Source of the DNA: a virus
IMG/VR virus record: IMGVR_UViG_3300035042_000066
DNA length: 64,000 bases
Strand: one strand, 5' to 3'
In this document: positions 17,629 through 27,743 of the stretch, piece after piece
How positions within the stretch are numbered: the first letter of the stretch is position 1
How the letters are laid out: each line of letters begins with the position of its first letter
Notes under the pieces: generated by a model
Told to the model about the DNA's origin: nothing
What the model saw: the letters and a program-made list of their open reading frames with translations, nothing else
Database searches by the model: none
Program-made: the position numbers and the translations under genes

Positions 17629-18252
17629 TTATATTAGATGTACTCTTTTTAACCAACCTCGTATAAATACTTCTTGTGAATCATTATTCTCTACTATATC
17701 TATATAATATTTACCTTTTAATAAACAAACAAGCTTAAATATATAATAATCACTTCTACGCATTTTAGAATAAATATCTAAAACCTTAAATGTCTTTTTA
17801 CCTATGAAACCATCAACTTTTAAATCTTTATAATTTTTCTCATCTCTATTTAAAATATTTAGGGCTCTTTGTAAAAATGTGCTTGCTGTATTAACTCCCA
17901 TATTTACAGCAATATCAAATAATTCTACTGATAATCTAGGAAAATATTCCGAAACTTTATCTAATTGAATTCTTTTATTTAACCAATAATGTTTATAATA
18001 AAACTCTTTTGTTAAATTATTAAGAACAAAGTATTTATCAGGTGGTATATTATTTAATTCATTATTAGTTTTTAAATCGTCTATAATTTCCCATCCTACC
18101 CAATCAGGATGATAATTTCTAGCTATACCATGAAAAGTTTCTCCACCAGAATCTTCCGGATGATTTGAATATTTTCCCTCATATCCTTTTGTTTTTAAAA
18201 ATGCTTCTAAAAATATTTTATCTTTATTATAATCTTTGGATTCTTGTTTCAT
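17629..18252 (-). CDS. glycoside hydrolase family 108 lysozyme with PG-binding domain (candidate endolysin)
   Basis: EGKYSNHPEDSGGETFHGIA; FDIAVNMGV; LKVDGFIGKKT; FIRGWLKR. Confidence 0.88.
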   Translation of the reverse strand: MKQESKDYNKDKIFLEAFLKTKGYEGKYSNHPEDSGGETFHGIARNYHPDWVGWEIIDDLKTNNELNNIPPDKYFVLNNLTKEFYYKHYWLNKRIQLDKVSEYFPRLSVELFDIAVNMGVNTASTFLQRALNILNRDEKNYKDLKVDGFIGKKTFKVLDIYSKMRRSDYYIFKLVCLLKGKYYIDIVENNDSQEVFIRGWLKRVHLI

Positions 18253-18286
18253 TTTTTTTTACTCCTAGATAATTTAACTATATCTT

Positions 18287-18295
18287 TATTTATCT
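18287..18295 (-). promoter_or_regulatory. putative late promoter AGATAAATA (lysin)
   Basis: Motif recurs upstream of late genes. Confidence 0.65.
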
Positions 18296-18314
18296 AAGAT
18301 GTAAACATTAAAAG

Positions 18315-19784
18315 TTAAAACATATCTTCAAGATCAGTCTGTTTTTTAGTGTTAATTTCAATGTTAACCTTTTTTCCAATTTCTTCGATTATAGTTAAAA
18401 ATGATTTCTTGAATTGAGTGTTATAATCCACAAAAGGTATTATTTTATCTCTGTTAGGAATCTTATTAATATATCCAAACACATTTTGATTATAAAAACA
18501 ATTCGGTGTTAACGTATAAAAGAATTTAATTTTTTCTCCATCATATATTTCATTCATATCTATTTCGTTATCGTTAATATATTTGTTATACATTAAACCT
18601 GCTCTAACTCCTATAGGACAACCTTTCTTAGGATTACCGTTTACATCTCTATATTTTTGAACATCAGAAACAGAACGAGGAAAAGCTATTTGTTCTGGCT
18701 CAAGTTCATAATATTTTTCTTTAACGTTATTGATATAATTATCTATATCTTCTGGATGTTTCATTAAAGTAATTAATGATTCTTTGAGAAAGGGTTTAAT
18801 AGCAGAAGGTGTAGAAGATCTTACAATTTCGATACCTGTAACTTTTAATTCAGGTTTATCATATCTAAAACCTTCATCATCCCATACTAAACACGCGTAT
18901 CGTTTTTTCCCAGTTTGAAGATGTTTCTCAGATATCTTCTCCTGTTTCATGATCATCTTTTGCTTATTACAATTTAGATATTCTTTTAATTCTAAATAAT
19001 ATTTGTCGATGGTAGGTTCCATAATTTTTTTAGAAAATTTATCTATTACATCAACCATCTTTTTTGTTGAAATATCTTTCTTCTTCTTTATAGAATCAGA
19101 AACAAAATCTAAACAAAAATACGAGGAATTATGAACCAGAATGTTGTTTGCAAAAAAATTATGACATTCCTCAACTTCTATATCATAAACCCATTCTTCA
19201 ACTTCTCCGAGTTCTTCAATTTCATATTCATCATAGTATTTTAGTTCTGATTTTAGTTCTGTTTCTATTTTTATAATTTTATCGGTTTTTTTATTAATAC
19301 TATTGGGTGTTACTGAAATTATTTCTTCATTTCTTTCAACTATAATAGAATGATCTTCTGTCACAGTAACTTCATTACCATTACATTTTATTTTAAATAG
19401 TTTTTTTCTAACTTTATGTTTCATAATATATTTTATATTATTAAGCTTAATATTTTTATTTTTATCAACCGCATAAGCTTTAATATTATCTACAGTTTTT
19501 ACGTAATCATCTTTTTTATTTTTGATAAGATTATCGTTTGTTATTTGATCATAAAGATCCTTAATGGTAATATCACCTTTATCAGTTTTTATTAAAGAAT
19601 CCCCGACAACCGAATCGGTATCAGAATATACATATATGTCTTTTTTTAACTTATATGTATTTACTATATCATTATTGACTTTTTCTGAAATCCATTTGAT
19701 AGCAAGTTGACCTGAAAGTGTGATAGATTTAGCTAATCTAATATCAAAATATCTGAAATAAGGACTGGCACTGGCTCCGTATGC
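18315..19784 (-). CDS. 43: DNA polymerase B (gp43), exon 2, contains an intein
   Basis: AYGA.., SDTD, KKRYA, LKVTGIEIVRSSTP. Confidence 0.93.
   Translation of the reverse strand, partial: AYGASASPYFRYFDIRLAKSITLSGQLAIKWISEKVNNDIVNTYKLKKDIYVYSDTDSVVGDSLIKTDKGDITIKDLYDQITNDNLIKNKKDDYVKTVDNIKAYAVDKNKNIKLNNIKYIMKHKVRKKLFKIKCNGNEVTVTEDHSIIVERNEEIISVTPNSINKKTDKIIKIETELKSELKYYDEYEIEELGEVEEWVYDIEVEECHNFFANNILVHNSSYFCLDFVSDSIKKKKDISTKKMVDVIDKFSKKIMEPTIDKYYLELKEYLNCNKQKMIMKQEKISEKHLQTGKKRYACLVWDDEGFRYDKPELKVTGIEIVRSSTPSAIKPFLKESLITLMKHPEDIDNYINNVKEKYYELEPEQIAFPRSVSDVQKYRDVNGNPKKGCPIGVRAGLMYNKYINDNEIDMNEIYDGEKIKFFYTLTPNCFYNQNVFGYINKIPNRDKIIPFVDYNTQFKKSFLTIIEEIGKKVNIEINTKKQTDLEDMF
19128..19613 (-). mobile_element. 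mini-intein (162 aa, no endonuclease) in gp43 at the DTD|S site
   Basis: SVVGDSLI...TEDHS...VYDIEVEECHNFFANNILVHN|S. Confidence 0.92.
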
Positions 19785-20025
19785 CTTGATGTTCAAACAA
19801 GTTCGTTAATCTTGTCCCGGAATTTTATCCAGCTGCATGTTTCCATGCAGAACAGACTATATCTTCAACTTTATAAGTTGCTCCCCGTTTCGAACTCACT
19901 TGAGCCCTACGTCTTTCGACTAGTCGTTGCACGTTCCTTTATTAAGGCTTCGCTCAGGATTGTCTTCAGCATTATCTGGTCAGAGTTTCCCTGAATTAGA
20001 GGAGTTTTACAACAGCTACAAATTA
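19785..20025 (-). mobile_element. ORF-less group I intron (241 nt, IA2-like) in gp43
   Basis: P1 CAACAGU/GCUGUUG with U-G pair; AATTCAGGGAAAC, AATCCTGAGCGAAG, GCAACGACTAG, AAGATATAGTCT; terminal G; splicing restores KVLLNS|AYGA. Confidence 0.93.
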
Positions 20026-21549
20026 ACTGTTGAGCAATACTTTTAAAGTTAATTGCTTGTTATTTAATGCTGTTATTTGATCAGATACAGAATCATCTCT
20101 TAATTTTTTTAAATCTTTCATTTCATTTTTTACTTTTACACGAGATTCATACATTTGTTCCATCAAGTAAGGTAAAAATCCATCTTGTGTTTTACTAAAA
20201 TAATAACCAGAACCAGATAAAATATATTTTTCATCAGGGATAATTTCCTGGTTAAGAAATCTTTCATCTATTTCATGTTGATTTACACTTTCAATTTTAT
20301 CTTCTATTAAAGTTTCTGGTGATATATTCCATTGCATAATAATATGAGGATACAATGAATTTAAATCATATGAAACTACCCAATCATATATTCCCGGTTC
20401 TGGATCGTGTACATATGCCCCAGCGTAAGAAACTCTTTCTTCATGTTTATCTGGCGGTATAAATATATTTTTCTCTTTAAGATGTTCATATATGATACTG
20501 TCCCAAGTTCTAATTGGACTCATAACATCTTCATAATTAATCTTTGCCATATAAGCGATAGTAAATACCAAATCTAATAACTTTAATTTATCATCTAATA
20601 ACTCTATTAGTTCAACGTCTCTTATATTATAGAACAAAAATTCAACAGGATCTTCAATATAAAATTCTACAATATTATCATGTTCAGAATAATCTACCTT
20701 ATCATCTCCTAATTCAAATTGAGAAATGAAGCTTAAAGAAAATGATTCTCTTCCTTGAGGAATGAACTTCTTGTACAATTCTAGATAATCTAATATTTGT
20801 AATCCTTTAATATTATAATTACATTTAATTTTACCATATTTGTCTTGATCGAAACTATAATATACTTGCTTAATAGGAGATAATTCTTTTAATTCCTCAA
20901 ATCCACAAATCTTTTCGATTCGATGTAAAATATAAGGATCATCGAATATTCTGTTATTATATCCTACTAATAAATCGGGTTGTAATCTTTTGAAAATATT
21001 TACAAATGTTTTTAACAAATGTCTTTCAGAAACACATTTTTTATGAATTACCTTTTTAGATTTTAATTCATTTAATTTATAATTTGGGTCATAATCTTTT
21101 AAAGATAAAAGAAACATTACGTTAGTTTTGATATCTTTTAAAGCTATACTTACCACAGGAACAGGAGCATTTTCTGGTTTAGGAAACCCTTTATGTTCTT
21201 TTGTTTCATCTATAGTTTCGATATCATATAAAAATACTCTAATATCTTTTGTGCTGAAATTACAGTCACCTTTATATTTTTCAGAAATAAATTGATATAT
21301 AGGTGAAATGTTACCATGTAATTCTATAACATCTTTGTATTCTTTTTTATATTTGTTAAATTCTGCTATGGAATCAAAATTAATAGGTTTTATATTATTA
21401 CCCATTAATGATTTATAACCGGTTTCTTCATTACATTGAATCCCTAATGTTGGTTTAAATCCCTGTTTAGTAATAAACTTTTTACCATTCTCATAACCAC
21501 TATGATATATTTTCCCTTTGTGTAATGTTATATCTGTATAAAATTTCAT
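20026..21549 (-). CDS. 43: DNA polymerase B (gp43), exon 1
   Basis: YDIET exonuclease; YDLNSLYPHII; ends KVLLNS at the intron. Confidence 0.93.
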
Positions 21550-22556
21550 ATTTTCCTCATTTTGAATTTAGAAATTCCCATCAATCCTTCGTGTGTGTTT
21601 TGTTCTATTATACTCTGAATTTGTTCTTTTGAAAATCCTTTTTTAATACCTTCATTTATATCTTTGAATCCTAAATTTTTAGGCCATATTACTACTCTAT
21701 AATTATTATTTAGTGCTTGTTCTATGAAATTACTTGTTTGTTTATTATTAAAATCGTTATCAGGAACTATCACTATATTTTCTTTTAATGTATATTTCTT
21801 GATACTATCTATATCTGATAATGAACCCGCACAAGCTAAAGAATTATCTAAAAATAAAGAATCTATTGGTCCTTCACACACATAAACAGTTTTACTGAAG
21901 TTAACTTTATCTAATCCGTATAGTTTATCTTCAGATTTGTCCATTTTTACAGTGAGATATTTTACTTGATTATTATCTATAGTTCTACCTTGTATAGCAA
22001 ATATCTTTTTGTTTTTATTAAAGAAAGGAATAACTATTCTTCTATCTTGAGAATTTTGATTTTTAAACATACTTGAATCTATATTTTTATTAACGAAAGA
22101 AGTAAAATTATCAGTATAATAAAAATCTTTATACATTTCTTTTGTAATTTTTCTTTCTTTGAGATATTTAATTGCTCGATGTTGTTCAGGTAAATCTATA
22201 ATTTTCTGAAGATTTAATGTTTCGTATTCTTGTGCAAATATATCAATTTTATTTTCTTTAGATTTTGATTTAGGTGAAAAAGAATCATTTTCTAAAAATT
22301 TCTCTTTAATATAATCAGAATAATAATCAGGGAAATATACTTTAAGAAAATTAGAAAAGTTAGAAGAGTAAGAACAATTAAAACATTTTATAAATAATGA
22401 ATTATTATACAGTAAAGCCCAACCTCTTTTTTTATGAGATTGGACTTTACTGTCACCACATACAGGACACTTAAAATTAAATTTACCTTCTCCTTTAGGT
22501 GTAAATTGCTCTAGTGGTAAATATTTCAAATATTTTAAATCAATCCAATATGACAT
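21546..22556 (-). CDS. 61: DNA primase (gp61)
   Basis: CPVCGDS..CFNC; RIVIPF; VCEGPIDSLF. Confidence 0.92.
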   Translation of the reverse strand: MSYWIDLKYLKYLPLEQFTPKGEGKFNFKCPVCGDSKVQSHKKRGWALLYNNSLFIKCFNCSYSSNFSNFLKVYFPDYYSDYIKEKFLENDSFSPKSKSKENKIDIFAQEYETLNLQKIIDLPEQHRAIKYLKERKITKEMYKDFYYTDNFTSFVNKNIDSSMFKNQNSQDRRIVIPFFNKNKKIFAIQGRTIDNNQVKYLTVKMDKSEDKLYGLDKVNFSKTVYVCEGPIDSLFLDNSLACAGSLSDIDSIKKYTLKENIVIVPDNDFNNKQTSNFIEQALNNNYRVVIWPKNLGFKDINEGIKKGFSKEQIQSIIEQNTHEGLMGISKFKMRKI

Positions 22557-22592
22557 AACATATATTATACCTTTTCTTTATTAGATTGTAAA

Positions 22593-22883
22593 TTAAGTCC
22601 AGAGACATCCATAGTTACCCCACAGGTTACATTTAGCACCGTTACCATACACTCCTTCAAACAACCCACCATCATGATAAAAGAACTTGGCTGATTTAAA
22701 GTGGACACAATCATGACCTATACAGTGACGATCTATAATAGGACACCACTTAGACATTATTTCGTTATTACTCTTCTTGATTCGTTCTTTAGCTTCATCC
22801 TCTCTCTTAGCTACATAATCTTTTTGTTTTTCGTATTCTTGTTCCCGTTTCTGTTTGCGTTTGTACATCCATTGTTTAATCAT
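22593..22883 (-). CDS. hypothetical protein
   Basis: ORF track. Confidence 0.5.
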   Translation of the reverse strand: MIKQWMYKRKQKREQEYEKQKDYVAKREDEAKERIKKSNNEIMSKWCPIIDRHCIGHDCVHFKSAKFFYHDGGLFEGVYGNGAKCNLWGNYGCLWT

Positions 22884-22887
22884 AATA

Positions 22888-23109
22888 TTATCCCATTAGA
22901 ATTTCCTTTCCTGGAGTATAAATTTTTAATTTCTCATGATTGTTCATTTGTCCTCTTCCTTCCATTGCGCTAGAAGAAAGATTACTTCTTACATAATCAA
23001 ATTCACAACCACAAATAGTACACTCATGATATGGTTTGTTGTTTTCTTTTGAAAATCCTTTAGGATAAAAAATTGTTTTTTTACTATCACAATTTGGACA
23101 TTTTACCAT
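22888..23109 (-). CDS. small zinc-ribbon protein
   Basis: CPNC...CTIC. Confidence 0.55.
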   Translation of the reverse strand: MVKCPNCDSKKTIFYPKGFSKENNKPYHECTICGCEFDYVRSNLSSSAMEGRGQMNNHEKLKIYTPGKEILMG

Positions 23110-23122
23110 ATTTTTTTTCTCC

Positions 23123-24097
23123 TTAAAATAAAAATGAATTAATTTTGTCGTTTAAACTTTTAATATTATGTCTTTTCATGAAAGCAGCCATTTCCATAAA
23201 ATTAGACTTAGGTTCTTGTGTATTATACTCATATAAAATTTCTTGAGCGATATTATCAGGTGTTTCTGATAAATCAATTAATTTTTTATTTCGTTCATAA
23301 TTATCTATAATACCATGTTTAATACAATATTGTTCAATCCCTAAATCATTTATTTCTTCTTTTACTTTTTTGGTCATTCTTTTTTGTCTTTTGCTGGAAT
23401 CAACAAAGGTATTATCATCAGATAAAATATTAGGAATACCATCTGAACTATCACCAATAGCAATATGCTCTAGTAAAAAACCAATAGGATCATTTTCTTC
23501 TTTTATTTTTTTGTCAATAGGATCATAAAACTTTACTGAAGAATATTTGAGTAATTGTTTAAAGTCTTTATCTCTGGATACTATAGTACAATTAATATTT
23601 TGTTTACCTAAATGAGAAGCTAAAACGCCAATAACATCATCCCCTTCAGCGCCTTTTACCTTGATTACTTTATAAGGAAATGCTTGAGATAATTCGGATA
23701 TAAATTGATCTGCTACTTGATAAAATTCTTCTGCATCAAAATCAGTTTGTTTTTCTCTTGCTAAAACTCTATTAGCTTTATAATATTTAAATTCTTTTTT
23801 ACGCCAAGAAGAATCATCAATAGCTAATACAATTTCGTCTGGTTTAAACTTCTCTTTCACTGATAAAATTTGTTTAAGGAGAATATATCTCCACATTTGG
23901 TATTTTTGAGAATTGTTTTCTAAGGATTTGTCAAAGCGAACATTTGACGAGTGAAATGAAGAATGTAATAGACCAGAAAAGTCTATTAGCATAATATTGT
24001 TTTTTTGTTTTTTAGATTTTGCCGATTTTGGATTTTTATCTGCAAATAGTTCTTCAACGTTCATGTAAAACCTCCTTTGAATTTGATATAGTTTCAA
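23123..24097 (-). CDS. rnh: T4-type RNase H / 5'-3' exonuclease
   Basis: LIDFS, EGDDVIG, SRDKDFKQL, GDSSDGIPNI. Confidence 0.9.
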   Translation of the reverse strand: MKLYQIQRRFYMNVEELFADKNPKSAKSKKQKNNIMLIDFSGLLHSSFHSSNVRFDKSLENNSQKYQMWRYILLKQILSVKEKFKPDEIVLAIDDSSWRKKEFKYYKANRVLAREKQTDFDAEEFYQVADQFISELSQAFPYKVIKVKGAEGDDVIGVLASHLGKQNINCTIVSRDKDFKQLLKYSSVKFYDPIDKKIKEENDPIGFLLEHIAIGDSSDGIPNILSDDNTFVDSSKRQKRMTKKVKEEINDLGIEQYCIKHGIIDNYERNKKLIDLSETPDNIAQEILYEYNTQEPKSNFMEMAAFMKRHNIKSLNDKINSFLF

Positions 24098-24151
24098 TAT
24101 ATATCAAATAAGGAGATTTGTAAAAAATATTTTGGATAAGTTTATGTTATT

Positions 24152-24553
24152 TTAGATCAATTCTTTTTGGTAATATACTTGAAGTAAATTGTGAAGGTGT
24201 TCTAATTCTTCTTGGGTTAGTTCTTCTCTTAGTTCAACTAAAGCAATATTATTTACACCTTCAGCTTTCATTAAAAACCCATAAACTAAAAGAGACAAGA
24301 TTTTTTCTGATCTAACATACTTTAACATTATTTTTCTAATTTTAAGAACAAATTTATGAAGATAAGATAATGCTTTTTTCTCTTTAGAAGATTCTGGTTT
24401 TTTCAAAATATTTCCATCTGCATCAATAAGATCTAATTCATAAGCATCCCATTTATCAAAAGATTTCTTCAATAAAGTAGCGAACTTATAAATTAGAAAA
24501 GTTGTTGCAGCACTTGTCATTGAAGCTTCATGTAATTCTTTAAAAGATTTCAT
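24152..24553 (-). CDS. conserved T4-like hypothetical protein with capsid-targeting-like start
   Basis: MKSFKELHE; FDKWDAYELDLIDADG. Confidence 0.7.
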   Translation of the reverse strand: MKSFKELHEASMTSAATTFLIYKFATLLKKSFDKWDAYELDLIDADGNILKKPESSKEKKALSYLHKFVLKIRKIMLKYVRSEKILSLLVYGFLMKAEGVNNIALVELREELTQEELEHLHNLLQVYYQKELI

Positions 24554-24575
24554 AAAAACTAGAACCTTTATTAAT

Positions 24576-24821
24576 TTATTTTACTAAGAGATTAACTAAA
24601 ACAGTAGTTACTACAGCAGAAGCACCACCAGATGCAGCACCAATTAATGCTAATTTGGTTTTTACTACTCCCATTTCTATTTGTAATCTGATAACTTCGT
24701 CATGAATATTCTTTAATGTTTTTCCATGATCGTCAAGTTTATCTAGAACTAATTTTTCGTATTGTTCCCAAGTATTTGGTCTATCAGTCATATTTATAAC
24801 TCTTTTTTGTTTAGATCGCAA
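24576..24821 (-). CDS. small coiled-coil protein with C-terminal TM helix (holin/XhlA-like topology)
   Basis: Coiled coil followed by hydrophobic ALIGAASGGASAVVTTVLV. Confidence 0.55.
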   Translation of the reverse strand: MRSKQKRVINMTDRPNTWEQYEKLVLDKLDDHGKTLKNIHDEVIRLQIEMGVVKTKLALIGAASGGASAVVTTVLVNLLVK

Positions 24822-25528
24822 GTTGTAGATATAATTTTATGTAAAGTTCCTATTACATTTCCTAAAGTTTCATTCATTTCATCTGAAAAAACACAAAGTC
24901 TTGGACAGGTTTTAGCTGCTTCTTCTACATTACTTAACACATAAAAAGCATTTTTACATTCTTCAGTAATATCTCTACCAAAGCCTACTGTTCCTATTAG
25001 ATTACCTTCATTATCATATAAAGGACCTTTAGTAGTTTTATAAACACTTTGTTTACCGTTTATTAATCCTCTTTCGATAAAATTACCTGCTTCTAATGTT
25101 GCTAGAACTATTTTATCGGTTCTTTCACAGTCAACGTGTAATGTATCATTATTATTTATCTTAATTGCAAATTCTTCAGCTGTTCTACCTAATGATTCTT
25201 CAACAGAACAATCATTCATCAATATTCTTCTTATTTCTTTATTAGTTAAAATAAATCTTCCATCTAAATCTTTAGCCCAAATAATTCCTGGCATACCATC
25301 AATTATACTTTGAAGCATATTATACATGCTCAAATATTTTTCTTTTTCAGCTATTAGTTCTTCTTCCTTTTTTCTAAGTTCTCTAGTTAACTCAGAAATA
25401 GTACTTGCAGTTTCATCAACAACTTTTAGAGATTCCTCTATTTGTTTATTTTTATGAGATTTTTTAACTCTTTTCTCTACCCAATTTTTTATTAAGCCCA
25501 TAATTTGTCTCTTATAATTATTTATCAA
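24794..25528 (-). CDS. stand-alone coiled-coil + PAS/PAC domain protein (probable start MGLIKNW)
   Basis: IIDGMPGIIWAKDLDGRFILTN...PLYDNEGNLIGTVGFGRDITE; TGATAAATA at 25519-25527. Confidence 0.85.
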   Translation of the reverse strand: MINNYKRQIMGLIKNWVEKRVKKSHKNKQIEESLKVVDETASTISELTRELRKKEEELIAEKEKYLSMYNMLQSIIDGMPGIIWAKDLDGRFILTNKEIRRILMNDCSVEESLGRTAEEFAIKINNNDTLHVDCERTDKIVLATLEAGNFIERGLINGKQSVYKTTKGPLYDNEGNLIGTVGFGRDITEECKNAFYVLSNVEEAAKTCPRLCVFSDEMNETLGNVIGTLHKIISTTCDLNKKEL

Positions 25529-25571
25529 AAAACATATCTTCTATAGATTTCTTTTTTGATATCTTTGAGAT

Positions 25572-25818
25572 TCATAATGCTTTCCAAGTAACCGGATTAA
25601 TTCCAGTTAATATCCAAAAGTTTTCAGTATCTGATTGATACGCTATTTTTGCTATATCTGGTTCTACAAGTCATCATTTTTATTGGCTGAGGTATTAATT
25701 TAGTACAAGCTCTATCACTATATATATTTATCTTAGTGGTACTCCCATGCTCATAAACAAACATAGGAGTACCTAATGGAGCAGGTGCTACTCTTAATAT
25801 ATCTAATTTATTATGCAT
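25572..25818 (-). pseudogene. small gene with an apparent +1 frameshift near 25677
   Basis: ORF-track protein continues in another frame as LVEPDIAKIAYQSDTENFWILTGINPVTWKAL*. Confidence 0.45.
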
Positions 25819-25858
25819 AATAAATTATCCGGATAAATTTCTATTAAATTTTAAATTG

Positions 25859-26083
25859 TTAAACAGTATCAATATATCTATATTCAAAATCAGCTGGACT
25901 ATCTAGTTTATATTTCTTTACCATTTTCTCTACAATTTTTGGAAAATCATCATATGCGTCCATAAAATCTGAATAAACCTTTGATTTCCATTCTTTTTCA
26001 TTAGGAACTTTCATTTTGATAACAAATTTTTCTTCATTTTTATTCATCGTAGCTTCAGCAAAAACGTCTTTAAAGTTTTTCAT
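25859..26083 (-). CDS. putative internal head protein
   Basis: N-terminus MKNFKDVFAE. Confidence 0.65.
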   Translation of the reverse strand: MKNFKDVFAEATMNKNEEKFVIKMKVPNEKEWKSKVYSDFMDAYDDFPKIVEKMVKKYKLDSPADFEYRYIDTV

Positions 26084-26094
26084 TCTAATCTCCT

Positions 26095-26301
26095 TTATAA
26101 TTTCATTAACATTGAGCCTAGTTCATCCCAATCAATTTTATAGTTCTTTACTAATTTTTCTATTTCTTTTTCATTTTCATTATAGAATTTATCTACCCAA
26201 TCTGCTTCAGATTTATCATATTTTTTAGCAAGTTTCTGAAGTTCTTTGAACGCTTGATCTGATTCTAATAATGTTTTTAAAAATTCAATTTTTAGTTCCA
26301 T
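26095..26301 (-). CDS. small hypothetical protein
   Basis: RBS, operon position. Confidence 0.6.
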   Translation of the reverse strand: MELKIEFLKTLLESDQAFKELQKLAKKYDKSEADWVDKFYNENEKEIEKLVKNYKIDWDELGSMLMKL

Positions 26302-26316
26302 TTTATTCTCCGTTTA

Positions 26317-27603
26317 TTATAATATTTCTGTTGCAATTTTTGCTAATTCACTTCTTTCACATTTAGTTAATGTAATATGAGCAGCTATTTTTTGGTCTTT
26401 AAATTTATCAACTACATATGTTAAACCATTAGATTCACTATCTAAATAAGGATTATCAATTTGATCTGGATCACCAGTTAAAACTATTTTGGTATCTTCA
26501 CCAACACGGCTCAAAATAGTCCTCATTTCAAGTGCTGACAAGTTGGCCGCTTCATCTACTAAAATAAATTGTCTAGGGATTGATCTACCTCTAATATATG
26601 TCAATGCATCTATTTGTAAAACGCCTGTTTGTTGGAGTTCTTCAATAGCTGTTATTTTTCCTTGTTTCTTTTCAGATGGTTGTAGACCAAAATTTAACAG
26701 AAAATCTAAATTATCAGCTATTGGCGCCATCCACGGTGAAATTTTTTCTTGTAAATCTCCAGGTAAAAATCCTATATCTTTTTGAAAAGGCATAATAGGC
26801 CTAGTTACCATTATTTTCTCGTAACTACCTTCATCCATTACTTCAGATAATCCAGCAGCTAAAGCCATTAAAGTTTTACCAGTTCCTGCTTTTCCTACTA
26901 AAGTAACTAATTTTATATCATTATTCAATAATAAATTTAAAGCATAAGTTTGTTCAGAATTTTTTGGTTTTAAACCAAATGATTCTATTTTGTTATCTAT
27001 CAAAATTAGCTTATTATCTCTAAATACAGTTAATGCTGTTCCTTTAGGATTAGAAGAATTAACTAAAGTTACACATTGATTTTCATAAAAATCTGAATAT
27101 CCTTCTAAATAACCTTTTTGATATATATTATTTATCTCTTTTTCATCTATGTATAAATTAGTATGTCCAGTGTATTGATTATCTTGTTTAATTTTATCAT
27201 TTCTATAATCTTCAACGTTTACATTAAAAGCTCTACCTTTTATACGTAAAAGAGTATCCTTAGTTACTAATGTAGTTTCTAATTTCATGTCCATAAAATA
27301 TAATGCACATATTAATATTCTATTATCTTGTTTTTCAATATCTATAGAATGTTTATATCTTTCTACAATTTCTGGTTCATTAAACAAAATAGTAATAAAA
27401 GAATCTTCTTTTTGTGTTTCTTTTTCTATATATCTTGCTGCTATTCGGGCATTTCTTCCTTTTTCATCATTTAACTTTTTAAATTTATCTAATTCTTCTA
27501 TAACAGTAACTGGAATTTGAACATAATTATTTTTGAAAGTAGATAAGCTGTTAGGATCATGAATTAGAACGTTAGTATCTAGGATGAAATTCTTTTTTGG
27601 CAT
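26317..27603 (-). CDS. phoH: PIN-domain + PhoH ATPase
   Basis: LDTNVLIHDP...EELD...DNRIL; GKAGTGKT; RGRS; DEAAN; GDPDQID. Confidence 0.92.
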   Translation of the reverse strand: MPKKNFILDTNVLIHDPNSLSTFKNNYVQIPVTVIEELDKFKKLNDEKGRNARIAARYIEKETQKEDSFITILFNEPEIVERYKHSIDIEKQDNRILICALYFMDMKLETTLVTKDTLLRIKGRAFNVNVEDYRNDKIKQDNQYTGHTNLYIDEKEINNIYQKGYLEGYSDFYENQCVTLVNSSNPKGTALTVFRDNKLILIDNKIESFGLKPKNSEQTYALNLLLNNDIKLVTLVGKAGTGKTLMALAAGLSEVMDEGSYEKIMVTRPIMPFQKDIGFLPGDLQEKISPWMAPIADNLDFLLNFGLQPSEKKQGKITAIEELQQTGVLQIDALTYIRGRSIPRQFILVDEAANLSALEMRTILSRVGEDTKIVLTGDPDQIDNPYLDSESNGLTYVVDKFKDQKIAAHITLTKCERSELAKIATEIL

Positions 27604-27626
27604 TTAAATATCCTTTTGTTAGATGA

Positions 27627-27735
27627 AAAAATAAAGGCATATAATAACTCCTTATAGAATTACTATATGCCTTTGTCTAGATTAACTTTTTGTAATTACA
27701 AACATATTTGCTCCTTAATTTACAAATATTTATCT
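27627..27735 (-). promoter_or_regulatory. late promoter, 7-codon uORF and terminator-like hairpin upstream of phoH
   Basis: AGATAAATA; AAGGAG-N5-ATG TTT GTA ATT ACA AAA AGT TAA (27682-27705); 15-bp stem followed by ATTTTTT. Confidence 0.55.
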
Positions 27736-27743
27736 ATTTTAAG

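Noticed and set aside
18315-19796. gp43 as a two-subunit split polymerase starting MNIK
   Set aside because: The first four codons are intron sequence; a full group I core and a splice that restores the conserved motif explain the break better
19812-19994. 60-aa plus-strand ORF
   Set aside because: Antisense to the group I intron core
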